Positions 31,951 to 42,875 of a stretch of DNA of 64,000 bases are shown piece after piece. The notes under the pieces were generated by a model. That model was not told the origin of the DNA and made no database searches. It worked only from the letters and a program-made list of their open reading frames with translations. The position numbers were made by a program, and so were the translations under genes. Numbering within the stretch: position 1 is the first letter of the stretch; each line of letters starts with the position of its first letter. This DNA comes from an uncultured Methanomassiliicoccales archaeon (GTDB lineage: Archaea > Thermoplasmatota > Thermoplasmata > Methanomassiliicoccales > UBA472), in assembly GCA_963695345.1 (NCBI GenBank), contig OY968769.1, positions 1,632,001-1,696,000 on the forward strand, read 5' to 3'.

Positions 31951-33672
31951 TCCAAATGGATGCGATGGGCCAGTTCAAAGAAGAGGTAGTATGGGCGGTC
32001 AGTTCCGTCCTTGATGCGATGGGCGCCAAGGTCCAGTTCGAGGTGGAGGTGCCTGACCCGGAGAAATCCGATCTGGCCATCCCCTGCTTCCCCATGGCCA
32101 AGGCCTTGAGGAGGAATCCGGTGGAGATCGCCAACGAGATCGTCTCGAAACTGCCGCCGATGCCCACCATCGCACGGGGATGGGCGGACCGGGGCTATCT
32201 TAATTTCAAGATCAACGAGGAATACCTGGCCCTAACGACGATCAGGGAGATCATATCGACCAGGACAGACTATGGCAAGGGTTCGCCGAAAGACGCCCGT
32301 GTGCTTCTTGAGCATACTTCGGTCAATCCCACCGGGCCGCTGCATGTCGGACGGGCCCGCAACCCGCTCATCGGGGATACGCTGGCACGTTGCCTGAGGA
32401 CCTGCGGATACGATGTTACCACCGAGTATCTGGTGAACGATGTCGGCAAACAGGTGGTGCTTCTGACCTGGGGCGTGCACAACGTCCCCGATTCAGAGGT
32501 CCCGGAATCCGAAAGGAACAAGGACGACCATCGGCTGGTCGGCTACTACCAGAAGGCCAATCAGAGAATGGAGGCCGAGTCGGAGGTGCAGGAGCAGATA
32601 TGCCGGCATGCTGAGGCGTTTCGAGCTCGGCGACCGGCAGGTCATCGATCAGGTGAGGGAGACCACCGAGAGAATGCTCCAGGGAATCCGTACCTCACTG
32701 TCACAGGTGGGCGTGGAGATCGACAACTACACCTGGGAGTCGCAGTTCATCCTCGACGGCAGCGCGAAAGAGGTGGTCGAACTCCTGAAGAAGACCTCCT
32801 TCTGCAAGGAGGAGAACGGCGCCTTCTATCTGGACCTGGAGACGTTCGGCATCCACGGCAAGAGCACCAAGTTCTTCTTCACCCGGGCCGACGGGACGAC
32901 GCTGTACACCACCCGGGACATAGCGTATCACCTGGACAAGTTCACCCGGGCCGACGTACTGATCAACGTCCTGGGTGAGGACCAGAAGCTGGGACAGCAG
33001 CAGCTGGCTGCGGCCCTAAAGATACTGGGGAAGGCTTGTGTGCCGGAATGCGTGTTCTATTCGTTCGTGTCGCTTCCCGAGGGGCGCATGTCCACCAGGA
33101 AGGGGGTCGTCGTCTATCTGGACGACCTCATTGACGAGGCGGTAGACCGGGCCTATGAGGAAGTGAAGGTAAGACGCCGGGACCTGTCCGAAGAGAAGAT
33201 GAGGCAGATCGCCAGGGATATCGGGAGCGGCGCGATACGCTACAACATATTGAGGGTCCAGGCGGAGAAGCAATTGGTCTTCAAGTGGGAGGAGGCGCTA
33301 AACTTCGAAGGCAACAGCGCCCCGTTCGTTCAGTACGCCCATGCCCGGGCGTGCAGCATCCTGCGCAAGGTAGAGTCCTATGACCGCGAGGCGGACCCCC
33401 GGAAGCTCGTGGACCCATACGAGAGAAAGCTTATCCGTATACTATCTCTATACCCCTCGGTCATCAGGGAGGCAGGGGAGAAAAGGCGAGTCCATCTGCT
33501 ACCCGCGTACGGGCATGAGGTCGCAGCGGCGTTCAACCAGTTCTATGGTTCCGTTCCGGTGCTCAAGTCCGGAGAGTTCCAGGATGCCAGGCTGTGCCTG
33601 GTGGAGTGCTCGATGTGGGTGCTGAAGAACACGCTCGTCAACCTCGGTCTCGTGGCGCCGGAGGAGATGTAA
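31947..33672 (+). CDS. argS: Arginyl-tRNA synthetase (frameshift near 32600)
   Basis: EHTSVNPTGPLHVGRARN, MSTRKG, QYAHARACSIL. Confidence 0.95.
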
Positions 33673-34164
33673 ATGGTGGAGATCAGAGCACTGAAGGAAG
33701 AGGACAGAGGGCACGTAAGAGCGCTGGAGTTGTTCTGCGTCAGAGAGTACCTTGAATCCGCTCTGAAGAAGAACTGGGACAGTCTTCCGCAGGAGCTCAT
33801 AGACCAGCTCGGCGCGTCCGCCAAAGGCTCCTTTGATTATTACAAGGACGCCGGCCTCAGCTACGTCGCCATCGAGGACAAGCAGATAGTCGGTTTCGTC
33901 TTCGCCCAGATGGTGCACCACGTCTATAATGTCGACAAGGTGGTCTGGATCGAGGGTCTGATGGTCCATCCCATGCAAAGGAGGAAGGGCATCGGGTTCA
34001 AGCTTCTCCGGAAGGTCTCCGCCGAGGGCAAGAAGAAGGGCGCGAAGGCCGTGCAGAGCGTCATCCTTCAGGACAGCCAGAGCTCGATACTGCTGCACAA
34101 GAAGGTGGGCTTCTTCATCGACGGCAGGAAGCTCGCGTTCCTGGACCTCGAATCGTTCGAGTGA
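33673..34164 (+). CDS. GNAT-family acetyltransferase
   Basis: VHPMQRRKGIGFKLL motif A; HKKVGF. Confidence 0.85.
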   Translation: MVEIRALKEEDRGHVRALELFCVREYLESALKKNWDSLPQELIDQLGASAKGSFDYYKDAGLSYVAIEDKQIVGFVFAQMVHHVYNVDKVVWIEGLMVHPMQRRKGIGFKLLRKVSAEGKKKGAKAVQSVILQDSQSSILLHKKVGFFIDGRKLAFLDLESFE

Positions 34165-34903
34165 TCATCGCTGGAAAGTGAAAACCTCTTTCCCGTATTT
34201 CTCTTCCGAGAGCCTTCTGGCCAGTTCCTTTTCGTCATGGGAAAGGGTTCCCTTCTGGATCATTCACGGAAAAAGCCTTTTCGAAGCCGGCGACAAGTGC
34301 GGTCTTCACCTCGCTCATCTCGGCCTTCCTGCCCAACTCGATCGCGACCGAGGTCATGGCGTCGACGCTCCGCGGTTTTCCCGGTCTCTGCCGTATCACC
34401 CGCATCATCAGCTCCAGGTCGGAATCGACGATGACTGTCCCGTGCTGCAGGACGACGCCCGCCTTCCTGGTCTGGGCACTCCCGGAGATCTTGCGGCCGT
34501 TCACCACCACGTCGTTGAGCGGTTTGTGCTCCGCCCTGATCCCTAGGAGACCAAGGGCATTGACCACTCCCGAGCATATGAGGGGGTAGGACTCCTTCGG
34601 ATTCTCCGGCACCAGATCGGCCTCGACGGTCACAGTGTAGATGATCTGGCCGGGATCGGTGAAGATCGCGCTCCCTCCGGACAGGCGTCTCACGACCTCG
34701 ATGTTCAGCCTCTGGCAGAGTTCCAGGTCGATGCATTCCGCCGCTTTCTCGAAATAGCCGAGGGAAACGGTCGGGCGGTCACGCGAGTAGAAGCTGAGCG
34801 TGTTCCCGGCATATCCGACCGAACGGAACGTCAGGATGGCCTCGTCCGTTGCCGCGGTGAGGGCAGGGTTCATGATCCCCAGGTCGACGACGCGCCAGTC
34901 CAC
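34165..34903 (-). CDS. Lipoate-protein ligase A family protein (frameshift near the 3' end)
   Basis: TDEAIL, TVSLGYF, VVRRLSGGSAI, NDVVVNGRKISGSAQ, LQHGT. Confidence 0.88.
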
Positions 34904-34971
34904 GGTCCGACAGACCGGTAGGATGATAGATAAAAGATTTGCCCGGCCGCTGCGGGAATGATTTTTGCGTC

Positions 34972-36129
34972 TCAGGTGACTATCTCGTCGACCCGTTCCT
35001 GCTCGATCGCGCGCCTGACCTCCAGGGCCAGCCTCCGTCCGGTGGACATGTTGGTGCGCCACATCGAGTTGCCGTAGGCGTGACCGACCGCCATGTGCAC
35101 GTTGGTGCCTCCGCCGATCCTCGGGGCCACGTCGTAGATGTAGAACTTCAGGTCCTTGTCGACGCAGGTCTGGAGACAGAACGGCCCGATGATGCCCGGT
35201 TTGAAGTGCACCTTGCAGGCCTTGACATATTTCTCCGCCAGGTCGAATGCGTTGTCCAGGAGGGATTCCCTCAGGGTGGCCGAGTTGTGTCCGCATACCG
35301 TGTACTCAGGAATGCTCTGTTTGTCGTTCAGGGCCAACTGCTGCGCCGCCGGCAGACGGACATGGCCGTCCAGTGAGCTTTCGAAGCGCCAATCGACGCC
35401 GATCAGCTCGATCTTCGAGCCCTCCTCCTCGAGCGGGGAGTAGAAGAAGTCCAGGTTGAACACCGGACCGATGATGTATTCCTCCATGCGGGCTCCGGCC
35501 AGGTTCTCCTCCTCGATGACACCTTGGGCAATGAGCTTGTCCGCCTTGGTGCGGTACTCATCATAAGAGGAGGCGGTGAAGAATCCTCTCTCGAGCTTCT
35601 TTTTGGCGTGGTGAAGCTTGATGATGGTGAGGGCGCTGATGTCCTCAGGCTTGGATACCTTCCTCGGGGAGGGCATGCCCGCCTCGTTCAAAAGCCAGTA
35701 GTAATCCTGCGGACCGCCGCGGTCCTCGCTTCGCAGGAGATTCCTCGATCCGACCATCGGAACCGTGAAGTCGTTCTCCACCGCATCGATGCTGCAATAC
35801 GAGGTGAACGACCGGTTTGGCACGAAAAGGGCGTTCTTGGCGACGAGCTGGTCCATGACCGTCTTGGATATCGTGTCCTTGAACTTCTTGACCATTATGG
35901 CCTCGTCCACCATCCCCCGGCGGACGCTGCCGTCCTGGTTGCGGTAGGCCTTGAAGTACCTGGTATAGGTCTGATCCCTGCCTTCCTCGCACACCGCCAG
36001 CGTGCGGAACCCTTCCTCAACTGCACCATCGCACACGTCCAGTGCCGAGTGGGATGCCAGGACGCCGATCTTGGCGTTCTTGAGGTCATAGGATTCCAGG
36101 TTGCCGAGGACTTGCTGCCGGTCGATCAA
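34972..36129 (-). CDS. purP: Formate-dependent FAICAR synthetase PurP family
   Basis: ASHSALD, FVPNRSF, LERGFF, GHNSATLRESLL, GPFCLQ, APRIGGGTN; TTG start at 36129. Confidence 0.92.
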   Translation of the reverse strand: MIDRQQVLGNLESYDLKNAKIGVLASHSALDVCDGAVEEGFRTLAVCEEGRDQTYTRYFKAYRNQDGSVRRGMVDEAIMVKKFKDTISKTVMDQLVAKNALFVPNRSFTSYCSIDAVENDFTVPMVGSRNLLRSEDRGGPQDYYWLLNEAGMPSPRKVSKPEDISALTIIKLHHAKKKLERGFFTASSYDEYRTKADKLIAQGVIEEENLAGARMEEYIIGPVFNLDFFYSPLEEEGSKIELIGVDWRFESSLDGHVRLPAAQQLALNDKQSIPEYTVCGHNSATLRESLLDNAFDLAEKYVKACKVHFKPGIIGPFCLQTCVDKDLKFYIYDVAPRIGGGTNVHMAVGHAYGNSMWRTNMSTGRRLALEVRRAIEQERVDEIVT

Positions 36130-36185
36130 ATCGGTCACTTCCGTCAATTGGGTATGCCGACTGGAATTAAAACTTGTCGCTGACC

Positions 36186-37434
36186 TCAGACCAAGTTCAA
36201 GCAGGACGATCATCAGCATAAGAGCAAGTGCCCCCACTGCATCGATGGCCGAGGAGGTCAGCGGGATGCTGTGGTCGTCAGGGTCCAACGCGAACCGGTA
36301 GGTGTAGATGGCCACGTAGTAGGAGATGAAGTTCAGCACCGTGACCGTGATCAGGCCGGCGGCCAAAGACAGTAGGACCATTTCCACCAGGCCGGGCGAG
36401 CCCATCCCGAGAAGCACGGCCACGAAATGGGAGGTCACTCCCACCAGGGTGAAGACCCAGACGGAGAAGATGTAGATGATGGCAAAGTTCTCCCAGGTGG
36501 TCTTGCTGGGAGATCCTCGTCGGCTCAATCGTACCCATGTGCAGCATCGAGGAGAGCCTGGAGGTGAGTATCCCCCCCAGCGCGTTGGCGTCCTCCAGGA
36601 ACGGAGGGATGAGGACCAGCAGCGCGGGCAACGTCACCAGGCCCTCTATCTGATTGTCGATGGTCAGACCGGCGGCGATGTCCAGGAGGATGCACACGAG
36701 CAGCACCGGGGCGCTTTGCATGATGATGCGCCTGGTCTCGCTCTTCTTCATCTTGAAGGCCCGATAGGACAGATAGACGGTCACCACCAGGAATATCAGC
36801 GCGAATGCCAGCGTGTTGGAGGACAGGAACGGTCCGAAATCGCCGGTCACGATGAGTGCCGCGATGAACAGCATGGGCAATGTGACGATGTCCCCGGCCG
36901 CGGTGATGATCGGGGCTGAAATGTTGTCGATGTCCCATCCGCGTCTGTAGCCGATCGACGCCACCAGGATGTTGATGAGCACGATCACCACGCCGGCCAG
37001 CGCGCCGCCCAGGACCGAGATGAAAACGAATTGCTCGATCGAGATGCTGTTCGACTCCGAGTGCAGCGGATATCACCTTGGCCATGACCCCCATAACGAG
37101 GGACATGACGATGGTCAGCAGGAGGGACGCACTCAGGTTCTGGCGCAGCATGCTTCCCCTCTTCATCGACAGTTCGAACGTACCGACGTGCATGGCGGTG
37201 CCCAGCCGGCTGCCCAAGGCGCCGAAGATGTTCCCTCTCATGCCGATGGCGGGCGGGATGAGGATCATCAGACCGGGAAGCAGATGCCAGGGTATCGGTC
37301 ATGAAACCCAGGGTCGCCCCGGCCGCCAGGTCTCCGAAGGATGAGATGATCAGCCCGATGAAGCCGAGGGTGAATACGCTCCGGTTGCGACCGAAGAAAC
37401 TGCGTATTCTACCCTTCGACGCCATCCCGTTCAT
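36186..37434 (-). CDS. MgtE-family (SLC41-like) divalent cation transporter, several frameshifts; 3' end approximate
   Basis: GMRGNIFGALGSRLGT, DNISAPIITAAGD, ALGGILTSRLSS, LDPDDHSIPLTSSAID across ORF fragments. Confidence 0.8.
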
Positions 37435-37700
37435 CTCCCTGCATGAGTATTCTCATCCTATATTTGATGTTCGAATGGGCGAGTCCAGCGATGTGGTTTT
37501 CTGGTTTCCGCTTAGGCAATAGATAAATATCGCAGAATCGGATTGATGGTAGTCCGCTTTACAGGGCAGGCCGGGACTTCCTAGCCGTGACCGGGCGGAA
37601 GGTCGGGATCAAATTCAATGTGCTTGGGCTGTTCCAGCGGCATCTTCCTCGTGAACGATAGAAGAAATACCATTCACGGAGTATGTGAGGTGAGCAGGTA

Positions 37701-38343
37701 ATGACCGAACATCATGAGCATATACCCGACAGGACGGAGATATCCCATACCACCGTCCGTGAGCTTCTCACCGAGATGAAGGACATCTCCGAGGTGATGG
37801 TCGATCTGGCCTACGCGGCAATCATGTTCGATTCGGAGGAGATCGCAGAAGAGGTGGCGCATCTCGAAGACAGGATGCACACCCTGAACTATGAGATCCG
37901 TATCAAGGCAATGCTTTCGGCACGGACTTACAACGACGCGGTGAAGCTCGCTGGGCTGCTTCAGGTGGCGGCCGCCGCCGAATCCATTTCCAACGCCGCC
38001 GGCGACATCGTCACACTGTCGGGGGTGGACCCGTCCAAGAAACCATTCCTTTCCTTCGTTCTGAAGGAGGCGGAGGAGAAGATCAGGCGTCTCGCCATCT
38101 CTGAAAGATCGGACATGGTATCCAGGAGCATCGCCGATCTGAGCATCGAGTCTGAGACCGGGATGAGGGTCATCGCCATCAAGCGGGGCAAACGCTGGAT
38201 ATACGATCCCGAGGAAGACACCGTTCTCAAGGCCGGGGACGTAATGATTGTGAGAGGGACCGAGAGCGGTTCCGAACTGTCTGCGCAAGTATGTTTCTGG
38301 GGAGACCAAATGGCCAGTTTACCCGGTAGAGGAGGACGAGTGA
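37701..38343 (+). CDS. PhoU + TrkA-C domain protein (frameshift near the 3' end)
   Basis: [36 protein letters not shown]. Confidence 0.82.
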
Positions 38344-38344
38344 A

Positions 38345-38925
38345 ATGGACGAACTAGACCTGATGCTGCTGGAGCTCAAGGACACTTCCGAGCTCATGAT
38401 CGATCTGGCATACTCCTCTTTGCTGTACAACAACCGCGACATCGCGGAAGAGGTCTTCGCAGATGGAGGAGGCACTGGACGAGATGGCCATGGAGATCCA
38501 GAAGAAGGCCATTGAGAGGGCGGTCAAGGACTCCGACCCGGACAAGGCCTATGCCGTGATCAGGCTGGCACAGTCGGTGGAGGAGATATCCGACGCCGCC
38601 CGTGCAGATCGCCGATGTGGTCCTGCATGATGTGGAGCCGCATCCGGTGATTGCGCTTTCGCTGCAAGACAGCGAATCGATCATCAGCAGCGCCACGGTC
38701 CTGGACAACTCCGACCTGGCCGGGTCTACCCTGGGGGACACGAAACTGGCCAACCAGTGCGGCATGTGGGTGGTGGCGATCAAGAGGGGGCGCAAGTACA
38801 TCTACGGCCCGGACAAGGCCACCAGGGTATCCGCCGGGGACCTTCTTTTTGTGCGTGGCCCGCAGGACGGGGAATCATGCTTCAAGGACCTGGCCACCGG
38901 GGCGGCCCATCTAGTTGTGATCTGA
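38345..38925 (+). CDS. Second PhoU + TrkA-C domain protein (frameshifted)
   Basis: [27 protein letters not shown]... then [17 protein letters not shown]. Confidence 0.8.
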
Positions 38926-38975
38926 TAAAAGATCAATAGAAAACATCAGAATCCTGGAGTTTGATGGAGATGAAG

Positions 38976-39048
38976 TAGCCCCGGGCAGATTCGAACTGCC
39001 GTCGCAGCCTCCAGAGGCCCGCATGATTGACCGCTACACTACGGGGCT
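38976..39048 (-). tRNA. tRNA-Gln (CTG)
   Basis: AGCCCCGTAGTGTAGCGGTCAATCATGCGGGC-CTCTGGA-GGCTGCGACGGCAGTTCGAATCTGCCCGGGGCTA; one anticodon-stem mismatch. Confidence 0.88.
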
Positions 39049-39102
39049 ATGAAATGTGGGTAAAAAGTTCTTGGTCTTTAACCTTTTGCTCCCGGTTCAG
39101 AC

Positions 39103-39744
39103 CTATTTCGTTTTGTGGGACCTCAAAGCCTTCAGGATGCGCTCGTAGACGTCGCCGATGTCTCCCTGTCCATCGATACGCACCAGGATCCGTTTGTCGT
39201 AGTAGTATCTGGTCAGGGGCAGGGTCTTTTCCTTGTAGACGCGCAGCCTCTCCCGGACGACCTTTTCCGAGTCATCGTTCCTCTGGATAAGCTCAGAACC
39301 GCATTTGTCGCACTTCCCCGCGACCTTTGGCGGGTTGAACTCCAGGTGGAATACCGAGTTGCAGGCCTTACAGACTCGTCTCTCGGTGAGCCTCTTGACC
39401 AGCAGTTCCTCGTCGACCTCCAGATCAATGGCCATGTCCACGGTTATGATCTGGTCCAGCATCTTGGCCTGCTCGACGGTCCTCGGGAACCCGTCCAGGA
39501 TGACGCCTCCCTGTGCTCCGCTGAGCTTCTCCTTGATCAGGTCGCCGACCAGCTGGTCCGGCACCAAACCGCCTGACTCCATGAACGACTTCGCTTTGAC
39601 TCCCAACGGAGTTCCCAGCTTGACCGCTTCCCTAAGCAGGTCGCCAGTAGAGATCTTCGTGAACTTGAGTTCGGCGCACAGTCTCTCGGTCTGGGTGCCC
39701 TTTCCAGATCCCGGCGGTCCAAGGAGAACGATCTTGAGGTCCAT
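39103..39744 (-). CDS. adk: Adenylate kinase (bacterial type, Zn lid)
   Basis: GPPGSGKGTQ, STGDLLR, LDGFPRT, CxxC..CxxC lid. Confidence 0.95.
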   Translation of the reverse strand: MDLKIVLLGPPGSGKGTQTERLCAELKFTKISTGDLLREAVKLGTPLGVKAKSFMESGGLVPDQLVGDLIKEKLSGAQGGVILDGFPRTVEQAKMLDQIITVDMAIDLEVDEELLVKRLTERRVCKACNSVFHLEFNPPKVAGKCDKCGSELIQRNDDSEKVVRERLRVYKEKTLPLTRYYYDKRILVRIDGQGDIGDVYERILKALRSHKTK

Positions 39745-39851
39745 GGGCGTAGGAACGGACTTCAAATAAATAAATCATGCGAAAGCTTGACACTGTCGGC
39801 CAGATGCCGCGGGGGTTCAATCCAGCTCCCATAGCTATTTATGATTTCCCG

Positions 39852-40403
39852 ATGGTCACTGTATCTATGATCAAGGGGAACCACGTCGGGATCCGGCCGC
39901 TCCAGTCCGACGATGCCTGGATCCTGTTCAAGTGGTTCAATGACCCCAAGGTGACCGATGATCTCGGCATAAGGGAACCTCGTCCATCCATCTCCCTGGA
40001 AGAAGAGATGGAGCTAACCCAGGACAAGATAGGCAAGCGGACCGTCCGTCCGTTCATCGTGCAGGACCTGGATCTGGACGTCCCCGCCGGTCTGGCTGAG
40101 CTGACCCATATTGATCTCAAGAACGCCACCGCCAAGATATTCCTGATGATCGGCGAACCGGACCTCTACACCGACGGTTTCTTCCTGGAATCCCTCGGGC
40201 TGGTCAAGGGCGTGGCGTTCCGTAACATGAACCTGCACCGACTCGAGGTGAGGGTGCCTGCCTATAACGATCGATTGATCCGGCTTTACACCGCCTCCGG
40301 TTTCGAGATCGAAGGAAAGCTGCGGCACGACCATTTCCGCCACGGAGAATACGTCGATTCCATCATCCTGTCGAAGATAAGAGGGATCGGAGGCAAGGAC
40401 TGA
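39852..40403 (+). CDS. RimJ/RimL-type GNAT acetyltransferase
   Basis: WFNDPKV, NLHRLEV, YTASGFEIEG. Confidence 0.8.
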   Translation: MVTVSMIKGNHVGIRPLQSDDAWILFKWFNDPKVTDDLGIREPRPSISLEEEMELTQDKIGKRTVRPFIVQDLDLDVPAGLAELTHIDLKNATAKIFLMIGEPDLYTDGFFLESLGLVKGVAFRNMNLHRLEVRVPAYNDRLIRLYTASGFEIEGKLRHDHFRHGEYVDSIILSKIRGIGGKD

Positions 40404-40936
40404 TGCTCGAGGGAGAGAAGGTCAGGCTTCTGGCCGTCGACCGGGAGAATCTGCCCAAGTTCCTCGGTTGGGTCAACGACCCGGATGTGACGCAGTATCT
40501 GATGGTAGACCCACCGTTGGGCATGGAACAGGAGGAGGCATGGTTCGAGGGGCTGCGCGACCGGGAGGCCATGGTGTTCACGATCCAGACCATGGAAGGC
40601 GAGGTCATCGGCAACTGCGGTCTGGAAAAGATATCCTGGAAGGACCGCAAGGCGACCTTGGGCATCATGATCGGTTCCAAGCTGCATTGGGACAAGGGCT
40701 ACGGTACCGACGCGGTCAGGACCCTTCTCCGGCTCAGCTTCAACGACCTGAACCTGATGCGCGTGTGCCTGATATGCGACAAGACAAACGTCCGGGCTCA
40801 GCGGGCCTATGAGAAATGCGGTTTCCGCACGGAAGGGGTCATGCGCGCCTACCGTTACAAGAACGGAGCGTACGTGGACGAGGTCCTCATGTCCATCCTC
40901 CAGCCGGAATGGCGGGACTTGCAGGAAAAGGCCTGA
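40403..40936 (+). CDS. RimJ/RimL-type GNAT acetyltransferase
   Basis: WDKGYGTDAV, NVRAQRAYEKCGF. Confidence 0.88.
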   Translation: MLEGEKVRLLAVDRENLPKFLGWVNDPDVTQYLMVDPPLGMEQEEAWFEGLRDREAMVFTIQTMEGEVIGNCGLEKISWKDRKATLGIMIGSKLHWDKGYGTDAVRTLLRLSFNDLNLMRVCLICDKTNVRAQRAYEKCGFRTEGVMRAYRYKNGAYVDEVLMSILQPEWRDLQEKA

Positions 40937-40941
40937 TCCGG

Positions 40942-41844
40942 CTAGTTGTTCGCGTCCCTAATCCCCGGCGCACCCTTCTCCAGCAGGAACTCGATGATCC
41001 GTCGGTAGATCCCCGGATAGCATCCGTCCTCCCCCGATTCGAGGGAGGGGTTGTCGTTCACCTCGATGACGTAGGCCCCGTCATCGCATTCCTTGATGTC
41101 CACACCGTAAAGTCCGTTCCCTATGGCCCGGGCGGCCTTCAGGCCGGTCTCGAGCACGGCTGAAGGGATCTTCTCCACGGGTACGCTTTCCGTCGTGCAG
41201 TACACCAAATGACCGTTCACCTCCGCCTGGATCTTGAACGTTTCCGGGGGGATCATGTACTTGCAGGCATACAGCAGCTCCCCGCCCAAGACGCCGATCC
41301 TCCAGTCATACCTGCTCGATATGAACTTCTGCACCACGATCCAATCGGAGAGCTTCAGGAACCGGTTCGCGGTCTTCATGAATTCCATCGGGTCCCGGGC
41401 CTTTTCTACCCGAGCCGAGAAGCAGGTGGAAGGCTCCTTGAGAATGAGCGGGGTCCCCCAATTGTCGAACATGACCTTGGCATGGTCGACGGTTATGTCC
41501 TTCTTCTTCAGGAAGGCGGTCTTCGGGATCCTGACGTTGCCCTTGATCAGGTGATAGTACATATTGACCTTGTCCGCGCATATCTGGATGGAGGCCGGGT
41601 CGTCGACCACCGGGATGTTGTGCAGGCTCGCCATCTTTGAGGCCACGAAGGCCACGTTCATGGGGTCGGTGTTGGTCCTGATGAAGAGCCCGTCGGTCTT
41701 CAGCAGGCGCTTGATCTCCTCGGGGAAGATGAAGTCCACGCTGTGGCCCATGTCCTCCGCCGCGTCCCGGCATTTCAAAAGCGCGCTCAGCTGCTCGGCA
41801 TTGCTCAGGGTCTGCCTGTTGACAAAAACGCCCAGGTTAGACAT
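40942..41844 (-). CDS. RimK-family ATP-grasp ligase
   Basis: CADKV, PLILKEP, QKFI..YDWRIGVL, YGVDIKE..VIEVNDNPS. Confidence 0.88.
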   Translation of the reverse strand: MSNLGVFVNRQTLSNAEQLSALLKCRDAAEDMGHSVDFIFPEEIKRLLKTDGLFIRTNTDPMNVAFVASKMASLHNIPVVDDPASIQICADKVNMYYHLIKGNVRIPKTAFLKKKDITVDHAKVMFDNWGTPLILKEPSTCFSARVEKARDPMEFMKTANRFLKLSDWIVVQKFISSRYDWRIGVLGGELLYACKYMIPPETFKIQAEVNGHLVYCTTESVPVEKIPSAVLETGLKAARAIGNGLYGVDIKECDDGAYVIEVNDNPSLESGEDGCYPGIYRRIIEFLLEKGAPGIRDANN

Positions 41845-42520
41845 TTTCTTTTTCGCCTTCTTTGAAAGGGGCCCACCTGCTCTGCAGGTACTCTCCGAGA
41901 AGATGCCTCTCCCGCCCGGTGAGCTTTGCATACCTCACCGGCCCCATGGAGGAGAGTGAATACTTACCGTCCCGCTCTATCAGTATCGCCCTGAACAGCG
42001 GGATCTTGAACAGGCGGTAGACGTCCGATACCATCCTGGCGACCTCCGGTCTGGTGTTCTCCACCGCGTGGCCGAAGACCGAGGTCACCGCCACCAGGTT
42101 CGCCCTCTGGTCGAGCTTCTGGTAGCAGAACGGATACTTGCCTTTGTTGGTGACATGCTTGATGATATCCCTAGCCGTATCCTCGTCCTGCACCACGAAG
42201 TACTCCGACGGGGTCGAGAAGTAGTTCAAACCATAGATCACGCAGGGAGTGCTGGCATACTGGTAGGATATCTCCCAGTCGCAGACCTCGATCCCCGCTA
42301 GCTTGGCCTTCTCCAGGCAGATCGGCACGACATAGGCTTCGATCACTTGACCGCTGGACGGGACGGTATTGATACCGCTCATCTCACTGCTGACCGCGGT
42401 GTAGTACGCCTCGGACTTGTAGAAATGGTTCTCGCTCACGACATGCACGGAATCGTCCATCGACACCGTGAATATCGAATCCTCCTTGAGGACACGGTCC
42501 TTCCTCTCATGGGCGGTCAT
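41837..42520 (-). CDS. RimK-like ATP-grasp N-terminal (RLAN-like) domain protein
   Basis: YKSEAYY..SSEMSG..TVPS resembles the RLAN motif; overlaps the ATP-grasp gene start. Confidence 0.6.
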   Translation of the reverse strand: MTAHERKDRVLKEDSIFTVSMDDSVHVVSENHFYKSEAYYTAVSSEMSGINTVPSSGQVIEAYVVPICLEKAKLAGIEVCDWEISYQYASTPCVIYGLNYFSTPSEYFVVQDEDTARDIIKHVTNKGKYPFCYQKLDQRANLVAVTSVFGHAVENTRPEVARMVSDVYRLFKIPLFRAILIERDGKYSLSSMGPVRYAKLTGRERHLLGEYLQSRWAPFKEGEKENV

Positions 42521-42875
42521 CTAGTGCATCACCAGAATGTCGCTCGCCGAGGTTGTCACCGGTTCTGATGTATGACAACAAAGGATCCCTGTTTGTCCTG
42601 GACCTGAAGAGAAAATTGACCGCTGTCCCCGGGTCGCGCTCTGTTCCTCGCCCCTGTGTCTAGAGGCAGGAACGCGATTATCACTACCATCGCCATCTTC
42701 AGATTCTTCGCCTGAGTCTTCCATTCGAACACTCTGCGGTACCCTCACGTTGGTGTGGTGCTTAAAACCTTTTTCTTAATTTTCGCTGGGTCGTAAATGA
42801 AGACGGTATGTCAAGCGAATTCCAGATATCCCTCGGGTCGGATCCGCGTCCTGACCGACCATTCGCGCACTGGCC

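Noticed and set aside
34972-36528. Apparent MgtE-PurP fusion ORF
   Set aside because: purP has its own TTG start, an RBS-like sequence and a TTTTAA box in the junction. MgtE has several indels, so the read-through is most likely an artefact.
39005-39022. G-G mismatch in the tRNA-Gln anticodon stem as a sign of editing
   Set aside because: A single mismatch in an error-prone assembly is not interpretable.
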